From NCBI GenBank assembly GCA_964442615.1, contig CAYUAG010000008.1, forward strand, positions 1-60,950: DNA of 60,950 nucleotides, written 5' to 3'. This document shows positions 9,805-18,454 of this stretch, piece after piece (position 1 is the stretch's first letter; the number at the start of each line of letters is the position of its first letter). Below the pieces are notes generated by a model. It was not told where the DNA came from, ran no database searches, and saw only the letters and a program-made list of their open reading frames with translations. The position numbers and the translations under genes were made by a program. This stretch comes from an uncultured bacterium. GTDB lineage: Bacteria; Zhuqueibacterota; QNDG01; CAYUAG01.

Positions 9805-10284
9805 TTAGTGTTTAAATTTCTTTTTTAATGCCCTGGTTACATTGGGTGGTAAAAATAGGTGTACATCACCTTTCATTTCAGCAACCTCTTTTGCAATAGA
9901 AGAATTAATATAAATATATTCTTCATTTGGCATTAAATATACAGTCTCAATTGAAGGTTTTAGTTTCCTATTCATTAATGCCATTTGAAACTCATATTCA
10001 AAATCTGATACTGCTCGCAATCCTCTAATAATTGCATGGGCATTCTTATTCACAGCATATTCTACTAAAAGCCCACTGAAAGCTTCTACAGATACATTCT
10101 CAATATTTTTGACTACTCCAATAATTAAATCTTTTCTTTCCTTTAATGAAAAAAGAGGTGTCTTTTTTATATTATTAGAAACAGCAACGATTATATGATC
10201 AAAAAGATGACTCGCTCGCTTAATAATGTCTAAATGACCATTTGTAATAGGATCAAATGTACCTGGATAAATTGCAGTTTTCAT
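9805..10284 (-). CDS. coaD: Phosphopantetheine adenylyltransferase
   Basis: MKTAIYPGTFDPITNGHLDIIKRA (the T/HxGH nucleotidyltransferase motif) and RGLRAVSDFEYE. I prefer the ATG at 10284, which is preceded by GAGGGG. The track start at 10302 is a TTG. Confidence 0.9.
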   Translation of the reverse strand: MKTAIYPGTFDPITNGHLDIIKRASHLFDHIIVAVSNNIKKTPLFSLKERKDLIIGVVKNIENVSVEAFSGLLVEYAVNKNAHAIIRGLRAVSDFEYEFQMALMNRKLKPSIETVYLMPNEEYIYINSSIAKEVAEMKGDVHLFLPPNVTRALKKKFKH

Positions 10285-10401
10285 ATTTATTCCCCTCACC
10301 AAATTTAAATTGTATAGAAATTAATCACAAAGTTTTATATTCTGCAGTCAATGTTTTACAAATAAACTAACCTTATATTCTTATTCAGGATTATTAAATT
10401 A

Positions 10402-10947
10402 TTAACCATAGATTGATATGACATTAATACCAAAACTTCTTTGTTTAATCATTTCTATAGAATGTTTACTTTTATCGATATCTCCCTTTTTATGTTTTAC
10501 AATAAGCAATCCATTTTCTTTTAAAAGAATATTTTTATCAACAAAAATTACAATTTTTTCTCTTAGATTATAATTAAAAGGAGGATCTGCAAATATTAAA
10601 TCAAAACTATAACCTTTTCTACCCATTCTGGATAATTGAGGGAATACGTTTCCTTTTATGATATATCCTTTTTGGGTAAAATTACACAGCTCTAAATTTT
10701 TTTTAATTATACCTATACAATATGTTGATCTATCAATAAAATTAACAGAGGAAGCCTCCCGGCTCAGTGCCTCAATACCAAGAGCGCCGCTTCCAGCAAA
10801 AAGATCTAAAACAACTGCATCCTTAATTTTTTGTTGTAGATATGAATAAATAAATTCTTTAACTATTCCTGTTGCGGGCCTAAATTTTTGGTCTGATGGT
10901 CCATATAGCTTTCTTCCCTTAGCTAGCCCTCCAATTACTCTAATCAA
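10402..10947 (-). CDS. rsmD: 16S rRNA (guanine966-N2)-methyltransferase RsmD
   Basis: MIRVIGG..KGRKL......RP, the SAM motif DLFAGSGALGIEALSR and the catalytic DPPF motif (FADPPF). Confidence 0.85.
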   Translation of the reverse strand: MIRVIGGLAKGRKLYGPSDQKFRPATGIVKEFIYSYLQQKIKDAVVLDLFAGSGALGIEALSREASSVNFIDRSTYCIGIIKKNLELCNFTQKGYIIKGNVFPQLSRMGRKGYSFDLIFADPPFNYNLREKIVIFVDKNILLKENGLLIVKHKKGDIDKSKHSIEMIKQRSFGINVISIYG

Positions 10948-10976
10948 TAAAATTTACCATACATTATAATTAAAAA

Positions 10977-12266
10977 TTAAATTATTAAGGTTAAATTTAT
11001 TACAAATTTAATCATTTCCCCTTTAAAATCTGTTATATTCACAGGAGTAATAATCATCTTATCAATACTATAATTTCCTCTCTTTTGCATTAATAATGTT
11101 AGATAATTTATTAAATTTTTTCTATCACCTTCAACTTTAATTCGTATAGGAATAATAGTTTTTCCTGATTCTGATTTGGTCGGGAAAATTTCACCTTCCT
11201 TAAATGAAAGAGAATAATTTTGTGATGATTGCTCTAGCCATTGTTTAAAAGATTGGGCTGAATTAAAATTTTTGGTTGAAGCTGCTTGTTTATTTACTTT
11301 ATCTGATAATTCTCCTGAAATGACTCCCCAATATCTTACCCTACCATTTGTTTTATAACTATCTTCAGGAGACATATCATACTTTTCAATATTAAAAATA
11401 CTTTTAATTCTTGTTGCAATTTCGTTAGCAACATTTGGCTTTAAGGAAGCATACCCAGCCCTAAAAAATTTATCTTTAGTATCAATAATTACTGTTCCCA
11501 AACAATTATTTTGGGAAAGATACTCAATTAGAGAACCGGTATTTTTAGCCAATACTATTGGTTCAATGTTAGTACCAGTTGTAATTGTTTCTTTAGTAAT
11601 TAAATCCTTTTTAGTCGGTTTTTTTACTGAATCTGATAAAGCAACTCTATCGCTAGAAGTACTATCTTTCTTACTAGCAGACAATTGTTTTCGCTGTTGC
11701 TCAATCAATTTTTGAATATCTGGCTTTTCAGGAATACTATTTTGCAATTCTTTAAGAGATTCCAACTTTGGTTTATAAACAAATTGATATCCTAAAGCAA
11801 CCACTACCACAATTCCTAATAGTATCAATAAAAATGGTGAAACTCCTTTTTTTTTCACCTCACCAAAAGAATAATCTTCATCCTCGGCCTTTTCTTTTTT
11901 CTCTTCAAAATCAGGTATTTCTTCCTCATCACCTAACTCATCATCTAGAAATTCATCATCATCTAAAGAAGATTCATCACCTAATTCCTTATCAAATTCG
12001 TCATCAATTTTTTGATCAGAGTCCTCGTCCAGTCCATCTTCCAGTTCATCATCTAAATTAAAATCAGCATCTTGGTCTTCTTTAAAATCTCCACTTAGTT
12101 CTTCCTCCTCACCAAAACCTAATCCATCATCCAAATCACCGCTTAAGTCCTCTTTGTCATCTTGTGAATTTTCATCTGAATTTTTTTCCTTCCTTTTTTT
12201 CCCCTCTTCGTTTCCCTCTTCTTTTTCCTCTTCATCATCATCTTTGAAAAGATTAATATCTACCAT
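10977..12266 (-). CDS. PilN-like bitopic membrane protein with a ~130-aa poly-acidic insertion (function unproven)
   Basis: The N-terminus MVDINLFK resembles the PilN 'INLLP' PilM-binding peptide. About 130 aa of D/E-rich low complexity follow, then a single TM (VSPFLLILLGIVVVVALGYQFVY), a short coiled coil and a ~250-aa periplasmic domain. The gene lies immediately downstream of the PilM-like gene. Confidence 0.4.
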   Translation of the reverse strand: MVDINLFKDDDEEEKEEGNEEGKKRKEKNSDENSQDDKEDLSGDLDDGLGFGEEEELSGDFKEDQDADFNLDDELEDGLDEDSDQKIDDEFDKELGDESSLDDDEFLDDELGDEEEIPDFEEKKEKAEDEDYSFGEVKKKGVSPFLLILLGIVVVVALGYQFVYKPKLESLKELQNSIPEKPDIQKLIEQQRKQLSASKKDSTSSDRVALSDSVKKPTKKDLITKETITTGTNIEPIVLAKNTGSLIEYLSQNNCLGTVIIDTKDKFFRAGYASLKPNVANEIATRIKSIFNIEKYDMSPEDSYKTNGRVRYWGVISGELSDKVNKQAASTKNFNSAQSFKQWLEQSSQNYSLSFKEGEIFPTKSESGKTIIPIRIKVEGDRKNLINYLTLLMQKRGNYSIDKMIITPVNITDFKGEMIKFVINLTLII

Positions 12267-12324
12267 GACAAAATTCCTCCCTTATATTCATAAAATTTTA
12301 TCCTCATCCCAATTCCTGAATATT

Positions 12325-13272
12325 TCATCTGAATTTTTTTAATGCTACTCCGATAGATGGAGTAAATTTTTCAGGATTTTCTTTTAATACATTTCTATCT
12401 GAAACCGACTGTGAAACTGCAATTTTGGAAAATGGATTTAAGATTTCTATTGGTACTTCTATCTCTTCAGATAACTTTACCATAATTTTATGAACTACTG
12501 CTATGCCTGTTAAATAAATTATACTAATATCTTCTATTTTATTTACTATCCTATGACCAAAAATTAATCTCTTTAATTCTTTTAGTAATAGATTATTTAT
12601 TTCTGCAGAACTTATCAAGGTTGATTTATTATTTTTTAATGAAATGATATGTGATAGATAAAATTCTTCATCCTTAATAAAAATTATACAGATATATTCT
12701 CTTTGCACATCAATTAAAACATTAATCTCTTCACTCAGTTGATAATTCTCAACTAATGAACGAATGTTTGAAAAAACATCCACATCCACATCTCTCAATA
12801 CCATACCTGCTTTCTTTACAAGTTGTTTGATTATTGATAAAATTTTTTTCCTGATTAAAACTACAACATAAAGTGGATTACCGGTGAGAGTCTGAAATGG
12901 TAATCGTTGATACTCAACAATATAGTCGTCTAAAGAAGAAATTATAAATTGTTCGGTTTCCCAATAAAGCTGTTGCTTAATAACGTCTTCTTCAAGACCA
13001 AGAGCAATAGGTATTTGTTTGATTAGAACACAACCACTATATATTGATACTCCAACTTCTTTGCCTGCTCCCAATGTTTGGTACAGATCAGTTAAAATAA
13101 CACTTTGAGTGTCCAGAAATTTATCCAGATATCTAATTGTTTCCAGGTCAAAAGACTGTATTAGATTTTTTGAAACTAAATTCTGGACACTCTTATCTTT
13201 TATCAAGACAAGACACATTTGATCTGGGTTTATAGATAATCCTAAATAAGACTTTTCAGAGTGATTTTTCAC
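12325..13272 (-). CDS. PilM-like (actin-like ATPase fold) pilus/pseudopilus assembly protein, divergent
   Basis: 315 aa and cytoplasmic. It has YLGLSINPDQMCLVLIK (like 'iGlDiG...i..v.l'), VLIDVQREYICIIFIKDEEF (like 'lvDiG...t.l.v') and IIYLTGIAV...VPIEILNPFSKI (like 'i.ltGGga......v...nPf..i'). This is recognition from motifs only. Confidence 0.45.
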   Translation of the reverse strand: MKNHSEKSYLGLSINPDQMCLVLIKDKSVQNLVSKNLIQSFDLETIRYLDKFLDTQSVILTDLYQTLGAGKEVGVSIYSGCVLIKQIPIALGLEEDVIKQQLYWETEQFIISSLDDYIVEYQRLPFQTLTGNPLYVVVLIRKKILSIIKQLVKKAGMVLRDVDVDVFSNIRSLVENYQLSEEINVLIDVQREYICIIFIKDEEFYLSHIISLKNNKSTLISSAEINNLLLKELKRLIFGHRIVNKIEDISIIYLTGIAVVHKIMVKLSEEIEVPIEILNPFSKIAVSQSVSDRNVLKENPEKFTPSIGVALKKFR

Positions 13273-13287
13273 TTAATAATTTTTTTC

Positions 13288-15045
13288 TTATAATCCTTTC
13301 TGTTCCCAATTTGTTTTACTATGATTTACTTTACCGTGATTATGTATCTTACGGCCTCCAAAAACCTTTTCAAAGAATGAAATATTTAATTTCTTATAGG
13401 TTGTATCTTTACTTACAGGATTAATAATCATAATTTTTTTAGTTTTTGTAGTGTCGATTATAGGACACTTTATTTCAAATTGAGGTGGGATAGTAGTATC
13501 AACATAACTTACTAAATAATCCTCTTTAACTACAGGGCAAGTTCTAACTGACTTCAATAAAGTATTACTAAATAAAGCAGCGACTCCTAAATCATACAAC
13601 ACTGACTTAGATTTTGGTACAGCATTGTCAATTTTCATCCATAATTTTTCATTATTAGGAAGATCAAGGTTATTTACAATGTCAACAATTTTTTCTTTTC
13701 CTAATATATTTATCCAGTGTACTGAAGCATCAAGTTTTTTTAGAGAAAAATTCCTTATCTCTAATTTATCTTCTTCATTTTTCCATAATATATCTTTTTC
13801 TTGCTTCCACATTAGATCCTTAATTTCCTGCCAGAACTCTTCTGTATTTTTTTCTTTGTTTGCAATCCATTCCCTGTAAGCATTCTCTTCCCAGGTTAAC
13901 CTTGTATCACTCTCAAAGAGTTCTTTTTTAATCGTTTTTACAATATTTTTATTATCCGCTAACCATTGTTCATATTCTTTTTCTTTAAGACTATCAACAA
14001 TCGTTTTCCAGAGTGAATCCTTTTGTGCTTTAAAACTTTCTTGAGAAGAATCTGGCAAAGCAGTAAGTTTTGTCTCCAACCATTTCTTTTTTCTTTCCAA
14101 TCTCCACTTTTTATCTAATATTCTTTTCCAAACCTCGGAATTTTCTTCTAACCATTTATCCCCCTCTTTTTTCCAGAGTTTATTATGATCTTCCTTCCAA
14201 ATCAACTCTTTTCTTTTACTCCACAATATTGTTTTTTGTTTTTCAATTATTGAATCTTTCTTTACCGTGGAGAGAGTATCAAGCTGCATAATCCATTGAG
14301 GCCTCATTACTTCTTCCCATTTATCTCGATCTTTTCCTTCTTCACCTGTCCATATATCTTTTCTTAGAGTATTCTTAATAGTATTTTTTAATTCTTCATG
14401 AAAATATGATCGATATTGATTCCAATATTGTGTCTCACTTAAAGGCTTGTTTCTTCGATATTGTCGTATTGAATATAGCCTAATATTTTCTGAGGGAGCT
14501 TTGTCTTCCAATATATCTAAGATTTTACCTCTTGATAACAACTTATTCCACTTCACTGAACTGTCAATAATTTCATCATCTCTTAAGGAATCCGGTTTAG
14601 ATATGAATTGTTTAAACTCATAAGCAAGTCGATATTGTAACGAATCCCAAATGAAAAGATTTAATAAGGGTTTTCCAACTTCTAATTTTATCATTATTAG
14701 TTTGTTTAAATCTTCTGGTAAATTTTTTTGGAGCACAAGATTTTTAAGTTTATCCTTTGTAATAATCATATCCCAATTTAATACAGAGTCTAATCTTGAT
14801 AGGGCAGTGCTATCATTCAGTACATTCTCCATTAATTTAGGGATACTATCTGTATAAGTTTGATAATTATTAAAATACTGATATTCAAATTGTTGGAGAG
14901 CTTCCATTCTTGATCTACAAATTTTTTGCAAATTTTCTTGCTTTTTCCATACCTTTCCCGGATATAGAATTGCCCATATTAGAAAAATAGTTAATACTAT
15001 AATAATCACTTCGTAAAAAAAGTTGCCCTTTGATTTTTTAATCAT
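13288..15045 (-). CDS. Prepilin-like N-terminus (class III signal) fused to a 550-aa K/E/W-rich helical protein; unknown function
   Basis: In MIKKSKG|NFFYEVIIIVLTIFLIWAILY there is a basic leader ending in Gly, Glu at +5 and a hydrophobic helix. This is the prepilin peptidase substrate pattern. The rest is charged, with Trp every 8 residues (see findings). The start overlaps the comEA stop by 4 nt. Confidence 0.4.
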   Translation of the reverse strand: MIKKSKGNFFYEVIIIVLTIFLIWAILYPGKVWKKQENLQKICRSRMEALQQFEYQYFNNYQTYTDSIPKLMENVLNDSTALSRLDSVLNWDMIITKDKLKNLVLQKNLPEDLNKLIMIKLEVGKPLLNLFIWDSLQYRLAYEFKQFISKPDSLRDDEIIDSSVKWNKLLSRGKILDILEDKAPSENIRLYSIRQYRRNKPLSETQYWNQYRSYFHEELKNTIKNTLRKDIWTGEEGKDRDKWEEVMRPQWIMQLDTLSTVKKDSIIEKQKTILWSKRKELIWKEDHNKLWKKEGDKWLEENSEVWKRILDKKWRLERKKKWLETKLTALPDSSQESFKAQKDSLWKTIVDSLKEKEYEQWLADNKNIVKTIKKELFESDTRLTWEENAYREWIANKEKNTEEFWQEIKDLMWKQEKDILWKNEEDKLEIRNFSLKKLDASVHWINILGKEKIVDIVNNLDLPNNEKLWMKIDNAVPKSKSVLYDLGVAALFSNTLLKSVRTCPVVKEDYLVSYVDTTIPPQFEIKCPIIDTTKTKKIMIINPVSKDTTYKKLNISFFEKVFGGRKIHNHGKVNHSKTNWEQKGL

Positions 15046-15488
15046 CTGTTCTCCTCCATATTTATGCTTTGATTTTTTAAATTAATTTTTAAAAAGGGTC
15101 TTAATTTTTCAATTGTTTTTTCTCCTATTCCCTTTACATTTTTTAACTCATCTATTGAACTAAAAAAACCTTTTGATTCCCTGTATTGTAAAATTCTCTC
15201 TGCTTTAACCGGTCCTATTCCTGGTAATTTTTTAAAATCATCCAGAGTGGCTTGATTTAATAGAACATACTTATTATTATTGTAGTTAATTTTATTATCA
15301 TTCTTATTATTAAGAGTTTGGACTTTTTTTATGTTTTCTTGACTTTTATCATGATTTTTTAGAGTCAGCGAAGGTGTTTCTGGCAATGATGCCCATTCAA
15401 ACTGAAATATTCGAATACCCAGACCAATTAAAAAAGTTAATAATAAAAAAATAATAAATTTACTTTCCTTAGGAGTAAAACCTAACAT
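15042..15488 (-). CDS. comEA: ComEA-like helix-hairpin-helix DNA-binding (competence) protein
   Basis: N-terminal TM segment, then C-terminal LNQATLDDFKKLPGIGPVKAERILQYRESKGFFSSIDELKNVKGIGEKTIEKLRPF, a tandem HhH as in ComEA. The ATG at 15488 is preferred over the GTG at 15491. Confidence 0.75.
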   Translation of the reverse strand: MLGFTPKESKFIIFLLLTFLIGLGIRIFQFEWASLPETPSLTLKNHDKSQENIKKVQTLNNKNDNKINYNNNKYVLLNQATLDDFKKLPGIGPVKAERILQYRESKGFFSSIDELKNVKGIGEKTIEKLRPFLKINLKNQSINMEENR

Positions 15489-15490
15489 CA

Positions 15491-16594
15491 CTACACCTTT
15501 GGGTAAATTTCATTAATATTTGAAAGATCTTTAAAAAGCTTTTTAGTTTCTTTAGAAATTTTTTTTGGTGTCCATACAACAACTCTCACTAATTGATCTC
15601 CCCTGTGTGACGAATTCAGATATGGGATTCCCTTCCCTCGCATTCTTAATATTTTTCCTGATTGAGTCCCAGGATCAATATACAATTTTGCTTTACCATC
15701 TAAAGTTGGAATTTCAACTTCATCCCCTAAAACAGCCTGGGAAATACTGATTAAAAGAATATATAGTATATCATCTCCATGTCTTTCAAAATTATCATCC
15801 TTTTTCTCTTCAAAAATTACGTGAACATCCCCTGCAGGCCCCCCTTTTGGGCCTACATCTCCTTTACCTCGTATTGTTAAATAGTTACCAGATGAAACAC
15901 CTGGTGGAACCTTTACACTTATGGTCGTTGTTCCTTTTGTCCTCCCTTCCCCTCTACAATCAGAACATGGTTTGATAATTATTTTACCCTCACCGCCACA
16001 TCGTGAACAGGTTCTAATATTCACAAACTGCCCAAATAAAGATTGACTTACATGGCGTATTTGTCCAGATCCCTGACATTCCGGACATGTAGAAATGGCA
16101 TTATTATCTTTCGCTCCTGTTCCGCCACATGTTTCACATTTTACTTTTCTTTTAATATTAATCTTTTTCTCAACACCTTTACCAATTTCTTTTAAGGACA
16201 ACTTCAACTTTAACTGTAAATCTTTACCTCGTAAAGGACCGCTCTTTCTTCTTTCTCCTCCAAAAATATCACCAAATCCCCCTATTCCTCCAAATCCTTC
16301 CATAAAAGTGCGTAATGCATCTGACAAATCAAAATCAAAACCACCAAAACCTGCTCCACTTCCTGTTCCTTTTACTCCTGCATGTCCAAAACGATCATAT
16401 CTAACCCGTTTCTGGGAATCATTTAAAACTTGGTAAGCTTCAGATGCCTCCTTAAAATTTTCTTCAGCCTCCTTATCACCTGGATTTTTATCAGGATGAT
16501 ATTTTAAAGCAAGTCTTCTATAAGCTTTTTTTATTTCTTCTTCATTCGCATCTCTATTAATACCTAAGACTTCATAATAATCACGTTTCGTCAT
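15491..16594 (-). CDS. dnaJ: Molecular chaperone DnaJ
   Basis: J domain (DYYEVLGI...[19 protein letters not shown]), a G/F-rich linker and four CxxCxGxG zinc-finger repeats ([32 protein letters not shown]). Confidence 0.95.
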   Translation of the reverse strand: MTKRDYYEVLGINRDANEEEIKKAYRRLALKYHPDKNPGDKEAEENFKEASEAYQVLNDSQKRVRYDRFGHAGVKGTGSGAGFGGFDFDLSDALRTFMEGFGGIGGFGDIFGGERRKSGPLRGKDLQLKLKLSLKEIGKGVEKKINIKRKVKCETCGGTGAKDNNAISTCPECQGSGQIRHVSQSLFGQFVNIRTCSRCGGEGKIIIKPCSDCRGEGRTKGTTTISVKVPPGVSSGNYLTIRGKGDVGPKGGPAGDVHVIFEEKKDDNFERHGDDILYILLISISQAVLGDEVEIPTLDGKAKLYIDPGTQSGKILRMRGKGIPYLNSSHRGDQLVRVVVWTPKKISKETKKLFKDLSNINEIYPKV

Positions 16595-16614
16595 GTCAAC
16601 TATTCCTCAATGAA

Positions 16615-17169
16615 TTACTCACTAACCACAACCTTTGCATGACGTAAAACATTTCCATTTAAAAAATATCCTTTCTGGTGTTCATCAACAACAACACCTG
16701 ATTCAATTCCCTCTTTTTTTACCTGCATTATTGCATCATGTAAATCAACATCAAATGATTCGCCTTTTGTGTGCATTTGTTCAAGACCTTTACCTTCAAG
16801 GATTTTCATTAAATTTTTATAAATCAACTCTATTCCTTTACGAAATTCCCTATCTTTACTTTTTTCATGCTCAGAGTCAAGTGATCTTTCCAAATCATCA
16901 ATTATTGGTAACATTTTTTTTATAAGATCGGCATTGGCATTCTCAACAACTTGTAATACCTGTTTTTCAGTCCGTTTTTTAAAGTTATCAAGTTCTGCCC
17001 TTGCTCTTAGAAGAGTATCTTTTAAATATTCATTTTTTTCTTTTTGTTCCTTTAATTCCTCAATCAACTTTTTTTTAGTCTTACTTGTGGTACCTTTTGT
17101 ACTCCTTGTACTTTTTGATCTGGTTGTACTTTTTTCCCCCTTTGTTTTCATATTTTTTCCCTTAGTCAT
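16615..17169 (-). CDS. grpE: Nucleotide exchange factor GrpE
   Basis: LRARAELDNFKKRTEK...LPIIDDLERS...F.V.LHDAIMQV...GYFLNGNVLRHAKVVVS. It sits between hrcA and dnaJ. Confidence 0.9.
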   Translation of the reverse strand: MTKGKNMKTKGEKSTTRSKSTRSTKGTTSKTKKKLIEELKEQKEKNEYLKDTLLRARAELDNFKKRTEKQVLQVVENANADLIKKMLPIIDDLERSLDSEHEKSKDREFRKGIELIYKNLMKILEGKGLEQMHTKGESFDVDLHDAIMQVKKEGIESGVVVDEHQKGYFLNGNVLRHAKVVVSE

Positions 17170-17200
17170 TAGTATTCTACTTCTCTGGAATCAGTTATAA

Positions 17201-18217
17201 TCAACTCAGATAATAATTAATTGTTTCTGTAACACAATCAACCAAGGGAAGAATTGTTTCGTACCGTAATCGAGTAGGCCCTATTAAACCCAAAGTTCCA
17301 AAATCTTCACCACGTTGATAGTTACTTTTGATAACAGTGAAATTTTTTAATTTTTCATTCTTATTTTCTGTACCGATTGTAATCTCTATGTTTTCAACTT
17401 TTCGATTAAATATCTTAATTAATCTTTTTTTATCATCTATTAAATAAAAAAATTGGCCTAATAAATTTGTATCTGAAAATTCGGGCTGATTAATAATATT
17501 ATATGTACCGCAAGTATGAATATCCAGAGGTTCGGAAAAATTGAAAAGAGTTGGAGCAGTGTTTAAAAGTTCATTTAATAATTCCTTATTCTGTATTTCT
17601 ACGTCCTGCATTCTTTCTTTTATCGATTTTATTATCTGTTCTAAAGACAAACCGCTCAGTCTTTCATTAATTAAAGAAGCAGTCTTCTGTAAATCTTTTG
17701 GTTTTAATTCTGAAGTTATTTCTAATATGAATGTTTTAACCAGACGACTGAGAACATGTATTACTGCTAAAATTTTTTTCTCAGAAAGTCCAATAAGCTC
17801 CATACGATCAAATATTCCTTTTGACATACTAGGTGTTAAGACTACTGCTAACTCACTTGATATTTCACCCAATATTTTTGACGCTTGTTCCAGAAGTAAG
17901 TTTAAGTCTCCATTTGTTTCTCCAAAAGCTTTATGTATTTTGTTTCGCTCATTATTATTAGGAAATTTTATTTTCATCAATGTATCAACGTAAAATCTAT
18001 ACCCCTTTGAGGTTGGAACCCTTCCTGCAGATGTATGCGGTTGCTTTAAAAAACCATTCTTTTCTAAATTCATCATTTCCTTACGAATAGTGGCAGTACT
18101 ACAGTTTAAATTGTTTTTTTTAACCAGATGTTTTGATCCTACTGGAATTGCGTTTTCAACATATAACTGTATTATCCCTTTTAATACTTTTGATTGTCTT
18201 TTTGTTATTGTTTTCAT
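17201..18217 (-). CDS. hrcA: Heat-inducible transcription repressor HrcA
   Basis: N-terminal winged helix RQSKVLKGIIQLYVENAIPVGSKHL....NLNCSTATIRKEMMNLEKNGFLKQPHTSAGRVPTSKGYRFYVD. It is the first gene of the hrcA-grpE-dnaJ order. Confidence 0.9.
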   Translation of the reverse strand: MKTITKRQSKVLKGIIQLYVENAIPVGSKHLVKKNNLNCSTATIRKEMMNLEKNGFLKQPHTSAGRVPTSKGYRFYVDTLMKIKFPNNNERNKIHKAFGETNGDLNLLLEQASKILGEISSELAVVLTPSMSKGIFDRMELIGLSEKKILAVIHVLSRLVKTFILEITSELKPKDLQKTASLINERLSGLSLEQIIKSIKERMQDVEIQNKELLNELLNTAPTLFNFSEPLDIHTCGTYNIINQPEFSDTNLLGQFFYLIDDKKRLIKIFNRKVENIEITIGTENKNEKLKNFTVIKSNYQRGEDFGTLGLIGPTRLRYETILPLVDCVTETINYYLS

Positions 18218-18310
18218 TTTATATTTATTTTTATAACCTAAATAAAATCATGTTAAAGATAAAAATTTTTGTATATAGAGTCAAGATAAAAATAATCTAA
18301 AAAAATATTA

Positions 18311-18339
18311 TTGATTTTTTTTATTTTTAATAGTATAAT
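18311..18339 (+). promoter_or_regulatory. Sigma70-type promoter candidate (TTGATT-N17-TATAAT) for the tricorn-like protease gene
   Basis: -35 box at 18311-18316, a counted 17-nt spacer, -10 box at 18334-18339. About 115 nt upstream of the ATG at 18455. Confidence 0.45.
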
Positions 18340-18454
18340 TATAATTGATGAATTTATCAATATATTTTAGCATTTAAAAAATATAACATGCTTGAGATTA
18401 GTTAACTAATAGGATAAAATATTTTGGCACTAAATACAAACAATGGAGGTATGT

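Noticed and set aside
18367-18394. Possible CIRCE operator (TTAGCATTT...ATGCTTG) upstream of hrcA
   Set aside because: Only the AGCAT/ATGCT core is symmetric and the arm spacing is 14 rather than 13. The left arm matches 7 of 9 positions but the right arm matches 4 of 9 or fewer against TTAGCACTC-N9-GAGTGCTAA. This is too degenerate to call as a feature, so it is reported only as an absence observation.
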